Part shown: piece by piece, positions 1-9,524 of the stretch
Layout: every line of letters begins with the position of its first letter
Position numbering within the stretch: the stretch's first letter is position 1
Origin: a candidate division FCPU426 bacterium
Lineage (GTDB): Bacteria > Oederibacteriota > JAAXVQ01 > JAUVAV01
Assembly: GCA_040756875.1 (NCBI GenBank)
Contig: JBFLYH010000002.1
Location: forward strand, 767,078-831,077
Direction of reading: 5' to 3'
Length of the DNA stretch: 64,000 nucleotides
The notes under the pieces: generated by a model
Seen by the model: only the letters and a program-made list of their open reading frames with translations
The model's database searches: none
Told to the model about the DNA's origin: nothing
Position numbers and translations under genes: made by a program

Positions 1-43
1 AATATCGGCAAGCGCTTCGGCGCCTGACGATTCCGGACGCCTG

Positions 44-1030
44 CTAGTCGGGAATGCGCTTAATATAACGGTAGGCGGTCAGCGCGGCTTTGGCGCCTTC
101 GCCGGCCGCGATGATGATCTGTTTCTCCGGAACCGTGGTGCAATCACCGGCCGCGAACACGCCCGGTCGAGACGTCCGGGCGCGGTCATCCACCCGGATC
201 TCTCCGTGGGGAGTCAGTTCCACCAAACCCCGACAAAACTCCGTATTGGGAAGCAATCCCACCTCGATGAACACGCCGCGGGCTTCCACGTGCTGTTCAG
301 GGCCGCCGCCGCGCGGCCGGATAGCCACGCCCGTCACCTTGCCGCCCTCCCCCTCAATGGCGACCAGCTGATGGCCGTCCAGGAGCTTGGCGCGGCCCCG
401 CACTTGATCAAGCAGGACCGGATCCGCCTGCCAGCCGTCCGCAAAGTTGATCACGGTCACGGGACTATTGAGTTCCAGCATGTCCAGCGCGGCTGAAATC
501 CCGGAATTGCCGCCGCCGACCACGACCACCGGCAGCCCCTTGAAAAACGGGCCGTCGCAAATCGAACAGAAGGAGACGCCGCGGCCCTGGTATTCTTTTT
601 CGCCCGGAACGTTCAGCGGACGCTGGCGCTTGCCCGTGGCGATGAGCAGGCTGCGGGCTGAAATCGTGCGGCCGGTGTTGGTCGCAAGCACAAAAAGCGG
701 TCCCGCCTTCTCTTCCACTGCTGTCACGCTTTCTCCCTGGGCAAGCTTCAGCGGAAAATGCCTGACCTGTTCTGAGAACTTGCTCGCCAGATCCGGCCCG
801 CTGATATACTGGTACCCCATATAATTTTCCACACCCCCGGTCCACAACACCTGCCCGCCCAGGTCCGGCGTGATCATCACAATTTTCAACTGCTTGCGCA
901 GGGCATAAACCGCCGCGGTCATGCCCGCGGGTCCGCCCCCCACGATGGCCAGTTCAAAAACCTGATCCTGCTCTTCGCCGGGCTTAAGACCCGCCTCGAC
1001 GGGCAAATCCAGTTTGAACTCCAATGCCAT
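44..1030 (-). CDS. trxB: Thioredoxin-disulfide reductase (TrxB/AhpF C-terminal type)
   Basis: GGGPAG FAD motif, CSICDG redox CxxC, VGGGNSG NADPH motif, GVFAAGDCT; RBS AAGGAG upstream. Confidence 0.9.
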   Translation of the reverse strand: MALEFKLDLPVEAGLKPGEEQDQVFELAIVGGGPAGMTAAVYALRKQLKIVMITPDLGGQVLWTGGVENYMGYQYISGPDLASKFSEQVRHFPLKLAQGESVTAVEEKAGPLFVLATNTGRTISARSLLIATGKRQRPLNVPGEKEYQGRGVSFCSICDGPFFKGLPVVVVGGGNSGISAALDMLELNSPVTVINFADGWQADPVLLDQVRGRAKLLDGHQLVAIEGEGGKVTGVAIRPRGGGPEQHVEARGVFIEVGLLPNTEFCRGLVELTPHGEIRVDDRARTSRPGVFAAGDCTTVPEKQIIIAAGEGAKAALTAYRYIKRIPD

Positions 1031-1071
1031 AAGGCTTCTCCTTGTAAAACGTTCGGCCGTTTAGAAATTTA

Positions 1072-1204
1072 GACACCGGTGGGCGGCGTTGCATTTGGAT
1101 GAGGGGACACGAAGGTCCCCTGATCGAAGCCAGCGACTCTCTTCTTGAATCTGTTCCGTGCTGTGCTTCCCGCGCTTCTACCTCTCAAAGGCCGTGCAGA
1201 GGGG
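1072..1204 (-). ncRNA. Candidate structured RNA in the trxB leader (unassigned)
   Basis: Several nested complementary stems (GAAGC/GCTTC, CAGC/GCTG, GATTC/GAGTC, AGGGGAC/GTCCCCT, CCTCT/AGAGG); I recognise no family, and the strand is uncertain. Confidence 0.4.
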
Positions 1205-1205
1205 T

Positions 1206-1766
1206 TCACTCCTGCCAGTGAATAATGAACCTGCAGTAGGGATCTCCTTTGGCCAGACACAAGTCATGTTTTACTTCAACGAGAGTGGCTTTTCCCAAAC
1301 GCATGGCGCCTTCCATCCAACCCACAACTTCCGCTTCGTGGTGCAGGGGGAGCTCCGGGAAATTATGCAGGTGCAATTCAGCCTCGTCGCTGTCCAGGCG
1401 CATCACCCGCATCTCGCCCGTGTCATAATACCGCCGCCAGATCAAATCGCTGCTGCGGATGACCGCCTTGATTGACATCATTTTGAGAAAAGAGCGATAA
1501 ATACCCTGCAAATTTTCTTGGGCATCGAATCCCCCCATGGTCCGGATCCATTGATAATCGCCCTGGCCCAATACCTGGTCAGCCGCAACCAGCAGCCTCC
1601 ACCAAAAACCGTAATCGATCCATTGACTGGACAGCAAGGACTGATTGAGAAGCGCTTGATCTTGAAGGTTTAAACGGTTGGCAATGGCCGTCAACCCTTG
1701 TTCGCCGGCCTGCTGCATGACCAGCTTTCTGAAATTTTGCAAGTGTACGGCTTTAGTTTTACTCAC
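1206..1766 (-). CDS. V4R/heme-NO-binding-like protein (DUF2378-like)
   Basis: C-terminal HDLCLAKGDPYCRFIIHW V4R-type motif; similar to 9525-10073. Confidence 0.7.
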   Translation of the reverse strand: MSKTKAVHLQNFRKLVMQQAGEQGLTAIANRLNLQDQALLNQSLLSSQWIDYGFWWRLLVAADQVLGQGDYQWIRTMGGFDAQENLQGIYRSFLKMMSIKAVIRSSDLIWRRYYDTGEMRVMRLDSDEAELHLHNFPELPLHHEAEVVGWMEGAMRLGKATLVEVKHDLCLAKGDPYCRFIIHWQE

Positions 1767-1874
1767 GGCGTCCCTTTCTGACCGCGACGGTCAAGCGCCA
1801 TTTTCCTATACAGCCGACCTCTCTGCCTAGCAAATAATCGGACTGCCTGGGACTTTTCACAAGGAGTAATGGGC

Positions 1875-1907
1875 AAAAAAAAACGGCCCCGGAAACCGGG
1901 GCCGTTT
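1875..1907 (-). terminator. Intrinsic terminator of the cold-shock gene
   Basis: AAACGGCCCCGG-TTT-CCGGGGCCGTTT followed by a T run on the minus strand. Confidence 0.9.
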
Positions 1908-1943
1908 GTCTATGGCTTGTTGAATTCGGCTGGAAGCTGGTCT

Positions 1944-2150
1944 TTAGCCGACTTTCTTGACGTTCGCCGCTTGCGCGCCCTTGGGGCCGTTCACGACATC
2001 GAATTCAACCGTTTCGCCCTCGTTCAGAGTGCGAAACCCGTCACCTTGGATGGCGGAAAAATGCACAAACACATCCTTGCCGCCCTCCTGGGCCAAGAAA
2101 CCATAACCCTTAGCCGCGTTGAACCACTTCACCTTACCTTGCACTGCCAT
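1944..2150 (-). CDS. cspA: Cold-shock protein
   Basis: KWFN..KGYGF (RNP1), DVFVHFSAI (RNP2), GPKG.QAANV; RBS AGGAGG. Confidence 0.95.
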   Translation of the reverse strand: MAVQGKVKWFNAAKGYGFLAQEGGKDVFVHFSAIQGDGFRTLNEGETVEFDVVNGPKGAQAANVKKVG

Positions 2151-2218
2151 GAATCACTTTCCTCCTAAAATTAAAATCTAGCCGCGCCGGGCAAACCGGC
2201 GTTTTTCGGCTTAAAAAG

Positions 2219-2247
2219 ACTTTATCACTCTTAAAAACCCAAGTCAA
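2219..2247 (-). promoter_or_regulatory. sigma70-type promoter of csp
   Basis: TTGACT-17bp-TAAAGT with TG extended -10 on the minus strand. Confidence 0.6.
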
Positions 2248-2420
2248 CAGTTATTTACATTATTATTGTTTTCCCGGGGTGGAGGTGAAAACCAGCGGAT
2301 TCCTCTCCCTGGCCCCTCGGGGGCCGGGCCGGGACTTGCGGCGTTTCAGGATAAAAAGCTTGTTTTGCAAAATTTTCCGCGCATGGACGGCATTCTCTCT
2401 GCCGTTTGTAGGCCGGATGA

Positions 2421-3521
2421 TCAATTCAGAGTTTGGCGGAAACGGTTGAAACTGCCGGCCACCGCCACCACGGCCAGGACAGCCAGGGCCGCCAGGTTGG
2501 ACCAAAACACCCAGTCGTCCCCGCCCTTGAGCAAAATGTTCCGCATCAGGGTCAGCATATATTTCAACGGGTTCAGATAGGCCACCAGGATCAGGCCGCC
2601 AGGCATGTTCTCGATCGGAAAAAACATGCCCGAGAGCATCAGGGCGGGAAATAAAAACAGGAACGTGGCCATCATGGCCTGCTGCTGGCGCCGTGCGATG
2701 GTGGAGATGAACGTGCCCACGGAAATGGTGGAGCAGACGAACATCAACGCTGCCGCCAGGAACTTCCAGTACGCCCCGCGCATGGGCAGGCCAAAAAGCA
2801 GGACCGCGGCCAGTAGGATCAAATGCACGAGCACCATGGACAGCACCAGAAACGGCAGGGTCTTTCCCAGCAGGATTTCCCAATTCTTGAGCGGCGCCGC
2901 GATCAGGGTTTCGAACGTGCCCAGTTCCTTCTCCCGCACCAGCGCCATGCTGGTCAGGAGCACCGTGATGATGCACAGCAACATGACCATCACGCCGGGC
3001 ACGAGGAAAAACGAGGTTTCCATGGACGGGTTGTACAACATGCGGATGTCAAAAGTCATGGCCGGAACGGGTACTGCCCCGGGCTGCAGGTCCGCGGCCA
3101 CAGCCGCTGCCGTGGCTTGAAGGTAGCGCTCCACGGCGCGGGCGCGCAGGACGTTGGTGGCGTCCACCAGCAGCTGCACTTGCGTCTGGCCGCGCTGGAT
3201 CTGGCGGGTCAAGCCGCCGGTCGGAGCGACCAGCACTGCGTCCGCCTGCCCTGATTGCACCCAAGTGAACGGGTCCTGTCCCGAAACCCGGGCCGGCAGG
3301 AACCAGCGCGAGCTTAGGGCGCGTTCAAACAGGCGCTCCGCCAGGACATCCCCGGGCTGGAAACTCGCGGCCAGACGGATGTTGCGGATCTCGTTGGAAA
3401 TGGCGTACCCGAAAATCGTCAGCTGAATGATGGGCGCAGCGAAAATCAGGATACGCATGCGCGGATCCCTCAGCGTCTGGATGAATTCCTTGCGGATAAA
3501 ACCCTTGATGGTCGCGTTCAT
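2421..3521 (-). CDS. ABC-2 type permease (YbhR-like)
   Basis: IRKEFIQTLRD start, REKELGTFETL motif, SGMFFPIENMP, multiple TM helices. Confidence 0.88.
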   Translation of the reverse strand: MNATIKGFIRKEFIQTLRDPRMRILIFAAPIIQLTIFGYAISNEIRNIRLAASFQPGDVLAERLFERALSSRWFLPARVSGQDPFTWVQSGQADAVLVAPTGGLTRQIQRGQTQVQLLVDATNVLRARAVERYLQATAAAVAADLQPGAVPVPAMTFDIRMLYNPSMETSFFLVPGVMVMLLCIITVLLTSMALVREKELGTFETLIAAPLKNWEILLGKTLPFLVLSMVLVHLILLAAVLLFGLPMRGAYWKFLAAALMFVCSTISVGTFISTIARRQQQAMMATFLFLFPALMLSGMFFPIENMPGGLILVAYLNPLKYMLTLMRNILLKGGDDWVFWSNLAALAVLAVVAVAGSFNRFRQTLN

Positions 3522-4669
3522 TTGCCCTCCGTCCGGCCTTTCGCGCGGCGAGGTTCCAGATCGGTCTTAAACGCCCGCAAGGCGCCGGCTACGATCAGCA
3601 GATTGAGCATGGTCAGCATCCCTAAGGGCAGCGCCAATTCAAACACCCCCGCTCCTTTGAGGAAAAGCCCCCGGCTCATGGCCACGAACCAGCGGGGAGG
3701 CAGTACAAAGGTCAGGTATTGGAAAAAAGCCGGCATGCTCTCGATGGGGAAGATGAATCCTGACATCAGCAGAGCCGGAAGCAGGCCGGCGATGAACGAC
3801 AGCTGGACAGCCAGGGTCTGCTGGCGGGCGGCGACGGAAATGAGCAGTCCCTGGGCCAGACACAGCGTCAGGAACAGGATGACGCCCAGCAAGTACAGCA
3901 AATGGCTGCCGCGGAAAGGCACGCCGAATTGCAGCCGGGCCACGAGATAAATGAGCCCGACCGTGATGAGCACCAACCCCAAATAAGGCGCGAGCTTGCC
4001 CAGAATAATTTCCAGCGGCCGCACGGGCGTGGACAGCAGCAGTTCCATGGACCCGGTCTCCCATTCCCGGGCCACGGTCAGTGCCGTTAAAATGATGGAG
4101 AGGATGCCCATCACCACCACAGCCAGCCCGGGGATGACGAACCAATGGCTGTTCAACTCGGGGTTGAACAGGTAGCGGGTGCTGAACGTCAGGGGCGCGC
4201 GCGCAGCCGCTCCGCTCAGCCTGGCGGCTGCGGCTTGCTGGATTCCACCCAGGTAGGACAAAATCAGGCCGGAAGTGGAATTGTCCGCCCCGTCCAGGAG
4301 CACCTGCACCTGGGCCGGACGGCCGGCGCCCAGGTCCTTGCCAAATCCCGGTTCGATGATCAGCACGCCCTTGGTTTTTTCCTGTACCATGCCGGTTTGG
4401 ATTTCCTGTCCGGGAACCGGCGGCAGAAGCCGGAAATAGCCCGAAGCCCGCAGAATTGTGAGCAGCTCCCGCGACGCGCGTGTCGCGTCACGGTCCGCGG
4501 CCACCAGGCGGACTTCCCGCACGTTGAAATCGATGACGTACCCGAAGAATAAAACCATGATCACAGGCAGGCCGAACGCCCAGGCCAGGGTAAACGGATC
4601 GCGCGTGATGTGGCGCACCTCTTTATGGGCGATGGACAGTGCGCGGCTGGGATAAAAACGGCGGCTCAT
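3518..4669 (-). CDS. ABC-2 type permease (YbhS-like)
   Basis: AREWETGSMELL, SGFIFPIESMP; ATGA overlap with neighbours. Confidence 0.88.
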   Translation of the reverse strand: MSRRFYPSRALSIAHKEVRHITRDPFTLAWAFGLPVIMVLFFGYVIDFNVREVRLVAADRDATRASRELLTILRASGYFRLLPPVPGQEIQTGMVQEKTKGVLIIEPGFGKDLGAGRPAQVQVLLDGADNSTSGLILSYLGGIQQAAAARLSGAAARAPLTFSTRYLFNPELNSHWFVIPGLAVVVMGILSIILTALTVAREWETGSMELLLSTPVRPLEIILGKLAPYLGLVLITVGLIYLVARLQFGVPFRGSHLLYLLGVILFLTLCLAQGLLISVAARQQTLAVQLSFIAGLLPALLMSGFIFPIESMPAFFQYLTFVLPPRWFVAMSRGLFLKGAGVFELALPLGMLTMLNLLIVAGALRAFKTDLEPRRAKGRTEGK

Positions 4670-5652
4670 GAGCGCCTCCCCCGGCTGCGTGCGGCGCGCC
4701 GCCCGACTGGCCGGTTCTCGGCGGCTGCCGCTGGCTGCTCCACCAGGCGGATAAAGACGTCTTCCAGAGACGGCTGAATCGGACGCATGCGAAAGGTTTT
4801 AGGAATCTGGCGGGCGGTCGTTTTCCAGGCTCGGGGATCAAGCACCAGCACGTGATAGCGCCGGCCATAAGGCTGAATGCGCGCCACTTTTGGGTCAGGC
4901 CGCAGCTGCTCGATGACAGTGCGGGAGGCGCCCAGCGGCGGATCGATTTCCAGCAGAGTTTCTGGAAACGTTTTGGATTTCAGTTGGGCGGGCGTGTCCA
5001 GGGCGATGATCTGGCCGTCGCGCATGAGGGCGATGCGATGGCAGTTTTCCGCCTCATCCAGGTAATGGGTGGTCACAAAAATCGTCTTGCCCGAGCGCGC
5101 CAGTTTGCGGATCAACTCCCAAAACCGGGCGCGCACGGCCGGCGCCACTCCGGCTGTCGGTTCGTCCAGGAAAACAATTTCCGGGTCGTGGAGCAGCGCG
5201 GCCGCCAGGGCGAGCTGTTGCTTGACTCCGCCGGGAAGATCCGACACACGGGTTGTGACCGGAAAGGTGAAGTTCACGAACTCGAACAGCGCCCGGGTCC
5301 GCTGGCGCAGGAGCGCATCGGGCAGCTTCCGCAGGCTGGCGGTGAAAGCCAGGTTTTCAGCCACCGACAGATCGCCGTACAAGGTAAACCGCTGAGACAT
5401 GTATCCAACTTTGTTTTTAATGGCCTGCGGCTGGTCCGTGCAGCTGGTGCCCGCCAGGCAGGCTTCGCCCGAAGTCGGAACCAGCAGTCCGCAGAGCACG
5501 CGGATGGTGGTGGTCTTGCCCGCGCCGTTCGCGCCCAGGAACCCGAAGATTTCCCCGGGGCGGACGGAAAATGAAATGTCGTCCACGGCCGTGAACGCGC
5601 CGAAACGCACAGTCAGGTGCTCTACGGTGACGGCCGGTGCCGCGCTGTTCAT
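4666..5652 (-). CDS. ABC transporter ATP-binding protein (YbhF C-half-like)
   Basis: Walker A GANGAGKT, signature LPGG, Walker B VFLDEPT. Confidence 0.9.
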   Translation of the reverse strand: MNSAAPAVTVEHLTVRFGAFTAVDDISFSVRPGEIFGFLGANGAGKTTTIRVLCGLLVPTSGEACLAGTSCTDQPQAIKNKVGYMSQRFTLYGDLSVAENLAFTASLRKLPDALLRQRTRALFEFVNFTFPVTTRVSDLPGGVKQQLALAAALLHDPEIVFLDEPTAGVAPAVRARFWELIRKLARSGKTIFVTTHYLDEAENCHRIALMRDGQIIALDTPAQLKSKTFPETLLEIDPPLGASRTVIEQLRPDPKVARIQPYGRRYHVLVLDPRAWKTTARQIPKTFRMRPIQPSLEDVFIRLVEQPAAAAENRPVGRRAARSRGRRS

Positions 5653-6383
5653 GGCTTCCCTCCTGCGGCCCGGCGTTTGAAAAAGGCTTCAAACGAGTCC
5701 ACCCTCGCTTTGGTTAATATGCTCCTGGGTTCGCCGCTCGCCAGCACGCGGCCTTCGTCCAGGGCGTGCACCCGGCTGCACCGTTCGGCTTCATCCATGT
5801 AGGCCGTGGAGACGATGACGAGGATCTTCTGGCGCACCAGACGGTAAAGGAGGTCCCAAAATTCGCGGCGGCTGATGGGATCCACGCCGTTGGTGGGTTC
5901 GTCCAGGAGCACGACGCTGGGCGATTGCAGGAGCGCGCACATCAAACCCAGTTTTTTATACATGCCGCCCGACAGTTTGGCGGCCGGCCGGTCCGTAAAC
6001 GGTTCCAGCCGCGTCAAATGCAGCAGTTCCGCGCGGCGTTGTCGGTAGACTTCCAGAGGAATCAAATAAAGATCACGGAAAAAGTCGAGATGCTCGGACA
6101 CCGAAAGATCTGGATACAGGCTTTGTTGCTGAGGCATGTAGGCGAAATCAGGCCGGATGGCCGCGAAATCCGCCGGAGCCCCGTCTTGCTGGTAGGCGAT
6201 GCTCCCGCCGGTCGGCGCCAGCAGTCCGATCAGCAGGCGCAGCAGGGTGGTTTTGCCGGCTCCGTCTGGCCCGATCAGGCCGTGCAGCAAGGCCGGCTCG
6301 AAGCGCAGCGACAATCCCTTCAGCGCTTGGGTCCCTCCCAGCAGTTTGCTGACCTGGTTGACTTCAATGCCGATCTGACGCAT
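5649..6383 (-). CDS. ABC transporter ATP-binding protein (YbhF N-half-like)
   Basis: Walker A GPDGAGKT, LSGGM, LLDEPTNGVDP. Confidence 0.9.
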   Translation of the reverse strand: MRQIGIEVNQVSKLLGGTQALKGLSLRFEPALLHGLIGPDGAGKTTLLRLLIGLLAPTGGSIAYQQDGAPADFAAIRPDFAYMPQQQSLYPDLSVSEHLDFFRDLYLIPLEVYRQRRAELLHLTRLEPFTDRPAAKLSGGMYKKLGLMCALLQSPSVVLLDEPTNGVDPISRREFWDLLYRLVRQKILVIVSTAYMDEAERCSRVHALDEGRVLASGEPRSILTKARVDSFEAFFKRRAAGGKP

Positions 6384-6436
6384 GCATCCCTCTCTGATCC
6401 GATCGGTCAGGCGCGCTCGATGCGTCTGACCGGCCG

Positions 6437-7180
6437 TTATTTCCTGTTCGCGTCCGGCAAACGCACTTCGATGGTCATGCCGGGTTTGAGCACGCGATCA
6501 GCGTTTTCAAAAACGATCTTGACGCCGTACACCAGCCGGCTGCGCTCGCTGCGGGTTTGCACGTTCTTGGGCGTAAACTCCGCCTGATCCCTGATCAACG
6601 CGATTTTGCCGGTCCAGCTTTTGCCGGGCATTTCGGGCAAAATCCCTTTCACGGCCTGCCCCAGCGACAGGTCGGACAGCATCGGCTGTTCCACATAAAT
6701 ATACGCCCACACTTCGGACAAATCCCCCAAAGTCAGCAATTGCATGCCCGGCGCCACCAGTTCCCCGGGTTCGCGGTAGGTATGCAGGATGGTTCCCGCC
6801 TGCGGCGCCTTGACCGTGCACCAGTCCACCATGAGCGCGGCTTGGTCGCGCTTGAACTGGAGCTGGTCCAACACGGCCTGGGTCAGCGTGCCGTTGCTCA
6901 ACAGCCGGCGGCCGCGTTGGTACTCCTTTTCCGCTAAAGCCGCCGCGAGCTTAAGGTCTTCGCCGGAAAATACCAGCAAGGTCTGGCCGGCCTTGACTTC
7001 CTCCCCTTCCTTGACTTCGGCCGTCGCCAACACCGACGCGACCCGGCTCGACAGGATGATTTCCGTGGCCTCGATGGTCCCGGCGTAAAAAAACGGCCGG
7101 GGCCGAAGCAGCCACCAAACCACGCCGCCGGCCAGCAGCAGGATGACAATGGGTATAGCGATTCTTTTTTTGTCCTTCAT
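6437..7180 (-). CDS. HlyD-family membrane fusion protein (YbhG-like)
   Basis: Start MKDKKRIAIP at 7180 (ATGA overlap with TolC), N-terminal TM, AEFTPKNVQT..ER motif. Confidence 0.88.
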   Translation of the reverse strand: MKDKKRIAIPIVILLLAGGVVWWLLRPRPFFYAGTIEATEIILSSRVASVLATAEVKEGEEVKAGQTLLVFSGEDLKLAAALAEKEYQRGRRLLSNGTLTQAVLDQLQFKRDQAALMVDWCTVKAPQAGTILHTYREPGELVAPGMQLLTLGDLSEVWAYIYVEQPMLSDLSLGQAVKGILPEMPGKSWTGKIALIRDQAEFTPKNVQTRSERSRLVYGVKIVFENADRVLKPGMTIEVRLPDANRK

Positions 7181-8550
7181 GGCTTCGTCTCCTCGTTTTC
7201 GGATAGGCTGTCCAACACGGCCAGTTGGATCGCCATCTGAGTGCGCGTCAGCGCAAATTGGGTCTTGGCTTCCAGGGCCCGCAAATTGGCGGCCTGCACT
7301 TCCAGGTAATTGGCGCGGCCGATGTGATAGGCCTGATAAACCAGACGGGCCAGGGTTTCGGTTTCCTGCGAGGATTGCTGGACCAGTTTCAGTTCCGCGC
7401 GCAGCTGCGCCAAAGTGTCCTGGGCTTTCTTCCAGCCGACGTCCAGATCGGTTTGGGCCTGTTGGGCCATGGCTTCGTCGGCTTTGGCGGTTCGTTCCTG
7501 TTCCTCCACCTGCCTGACCACCCGCTGTCCCTCCCACAACGGCCAGCTGGCATTAACGCCCACGGTGTTTTGCTGGACCGTTTCCAGCACCGGGCCGTTG
7601 GGATAATCCCAGGAGGCCTTGGCGTACACCTGCACGCGGGGCCAATGCCCGGCATTGTATCCGGCCGCCGCCTGGCGGGCGGATTCGGCCAATTCCGTGA
7701 AAACCTTGGCCCGGGGATGGTCGCCAGCCGCCGGCGCCTTGCCGGGCTGGTCCAGACGCGCCAAGGATTGCTCAAGTGGATCAAACATCAACAAGAGCGT
7801 GGGTGTTTCAATGTCACTGGCTATTTGTTTGGCGGTTTCCGGGTCCATGGGAAAAGCCAAATCCAGGCTTTCTCCGCCGCCGGTGAGCGACAGCAGATCC
7901 CGGACAGCACCGGTTAACTGGGTCCGGGCCTGCTGGATCTGCCGCTGCCTGGCCAACACCTCGAGATGGCTGGAGAGCAAATCGATCCGGCTGGAAGCAC
8001 CTGCCCTCGCCTGCGCCTGAATGTCCCGGTACTGGGCCTGCGCCAGTTGCAGGGAATCCGCCAGCAGGCGGATTTGCTCGAGCGCCAGCTGCACCTGGAA
8101 GTAGGCCAGCCGGGTTTTGAGCGTGATCTCCCGTTGCTGGCCTTCCACTTCCTGCTCTTTAGCCCTATACCCGGCGCTCAAGGCCTGCCAGGCATAGTAC
8201 GTTGCCCCTGAATCCCAGATCGTCCAGGACAACTGCGGCCCAACGGAGTAATTCACATTGTCTCCCATGGGAATGGAGCGCGCACCGGGCATGGGCAGTG
8301 TGATGTTCGGCACTTCGGTGACATACCGCCAAGTGCCTTCCAACGAGAGCCGGGGCCACAGCAAGCCGGCGTAGCTCCAGGATTTGGCGCCCAAAGCCTT
8401 CAGTTCCCATTGCTTGGCTTGCAGCGAAGGGGTGTGGGTTTGGGCTTCCTGCACGGCTTGGTCAAGGCCCAGGGACAGAGACGGCGTTTCTGCCTGCGCC
8501 GCCGCCGAGGCAAAAACCGCGGCCAGAAGCACGGGAAGCATCTTTCTCAT
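7177..8550 (-). CDS. TolC-family outer membrane efflux protein
   Basis: Signal peptide, two OEP-like helical repeats, position in an efflux operon. Confidence 0.82.
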   Translation of the reverse strand: MRKMLPVLLAAVFASAAAQAETPSLSLGLDQAVQEAQTHTPSLQAKQWELKALGAKSWSYAGLLWPRLSLEGTWRYVTEVPNITLPMPGARSIPMGDNVNYSVGPQLSWTIWDSGATYYAWQALSAGYRAKEQEVEGQQREITLKTRLAYFQVQLALEQIRLLADSLQLAQAQYRDIQAQARAGASSRIDLLSSHLEVLARQRQIQQARTQLTGAVRDLLSLTGGGESLDLAFPMDPETAKQIASDIETPTLLLMFDPLEQSLARLDQPGKAPAAGDHPRAKVFTELAESARQAAAGYNAGHWPRVQVYAKASWDYPNGPVLETVQQNTVGVNASWPLWEGQRVVRQVEEQERTAKADEAMAQQAQTDLDVGWKKAQDTLAQLRAELKLVQQSSQETETLARLVYQAYHIGRANYLEVQAANLRALEAKTQFALTRTQMAIQLAVLDSLSENEETKP

Positions 8551-9323
8551 GACATCCTCCTGGTTTTCAAACGCGAAGAACCAGTTGTCTGCAGAGGTTC
8601 TTCCGGCGTTTTACGTCGGTTCCGGTCCAGGTAAAAATCAATGATCTGATTAATCCTGCGGTTGAGGGCTGAAGGCATGGATTCCAATGAGACGTCCGGA
8701 TCAAGCGCCCTGAAAGCCAAGTCCAACCGCATTCGCAAAATATGATCCTTCATCATGATCGGGATGCCAACGTTTTTAATAATATTCAATGGTGGCTTTA
8801 GGTTCGCTTTTTCCAGCGCCCCCATCATGATGCTCGGTCCGGCTACGCTGCTGATTATATAGGTAATGATGATGGGCAAGGGGGCCTGGGCGATCAGGCG
8901 TTGTCTCTGGCACTGCCGGATCAAATCCAAAATGATCACGGCGTGCCTGGGCACGTGCTCTTCCAGCAATTTGACGATCTGCTGATCCCCCTCCAAAATG
9001 TCGCGCCCAAGCGCCAGCAAAAGCTGCCGGTGGTTGCGGGCAAAGCAAGCCAGATTGAAAAGCGCGTTGTAGAGTTTTTCCTTTGGATCCTTGCCGGATG
9101 CGGCCTTGAGGGTGAACTCCCTAAAGAAGTCCTCGTAAAACACCTCGGCCACGCGCCGCATAAATTCTCGTTTGGTTTTAAAATAGTAATGGAACATCCC
9201 CAGATTCACGCCTGCTTTCTTAGCCACCGCCCTCAGGCTTAGGCGCGAAAAGCCGACGGCCGGCAGGAGCGCAATAGCCGCCTCGATCAACTTGAGGTCC
9301 GTGCTGGGTTCGGTTCGTTTCAT
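8547..9323 (-). CDS. TetR/AcrR-family regulator (first gene of the efflux operon)
   Basis: HTH SLRAVAKKAGVNLGMFHYYFKTK; RBS GGAGGAGG before ATG 9323. Confidence 0.9.
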   Translation of the reverse strand: MKRTEPSTDLKLIEAAIALLPAVGFSRLSLRAVAKKAGVNLGMFHYYFKTKREFMRRVAEVFYEDFFREFTLKAASGKDPKEKLYNALFNLACFARNHRQLLLALGRDILEGDQQIVKLLEEHVPRHAVIILDLIRQCQRQRLIAQAPLPIIITYIISSVAGPSIMMGALEKANLKPPLNIIKNVGIPIMMKDHILRMRLDLAFRALDPDVSLESMPSALNRRINQIIDFYLDRNRRKTPEEPLQTTGSSRLKTRRMS

Positions 9324-9344
9324 GGCCTCCTCCATCCGCCCGAC

Positions 9345-9394
9345 TTATACATGTTGTATAATTTAGTTATACATTCTGTATAACATATTGTCAA
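9345..9394 (-). promoter_or_regulatory. Promoter of the tetR-efflux operon with two palindromic operators
   Basis: TTGACA(9394-9389)-17-TATAAC(9371-9366); palindromes TTATACA-N3-TGTATAA at 9345-9361 and 9367-9383. Confidence 0.85.
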
Positions 9395-9524
9395 ATGTTT
9401 TTTGCAGCGCCGGCGCCAACGCGCCCCGTTCAACTTTGCGTCTGGATTTTCCGGACCCAACATACGATAATGTCACATTGATACTCCCCAGCGCCTTTAT
9501 CCCTCATGGCCAGGAGGACGCATT

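Noticed and set aside
1-27. Possible 3' end of a plus-strand gene (NIGKRFGA-stop)
   Set aside because: Too short to support
4666-6383. Two adjacent ABC ATPases as a frameshifted ybhF pseudogene
   Set aside because: Each has complete motifs, its own RBS and an ATGA overlap; split forms are common
7181-7537. Long N-terminal extension of the HlyD protein
   Set aside because: Overlaps tolC in another frame; the true start is MKDKK at 7180
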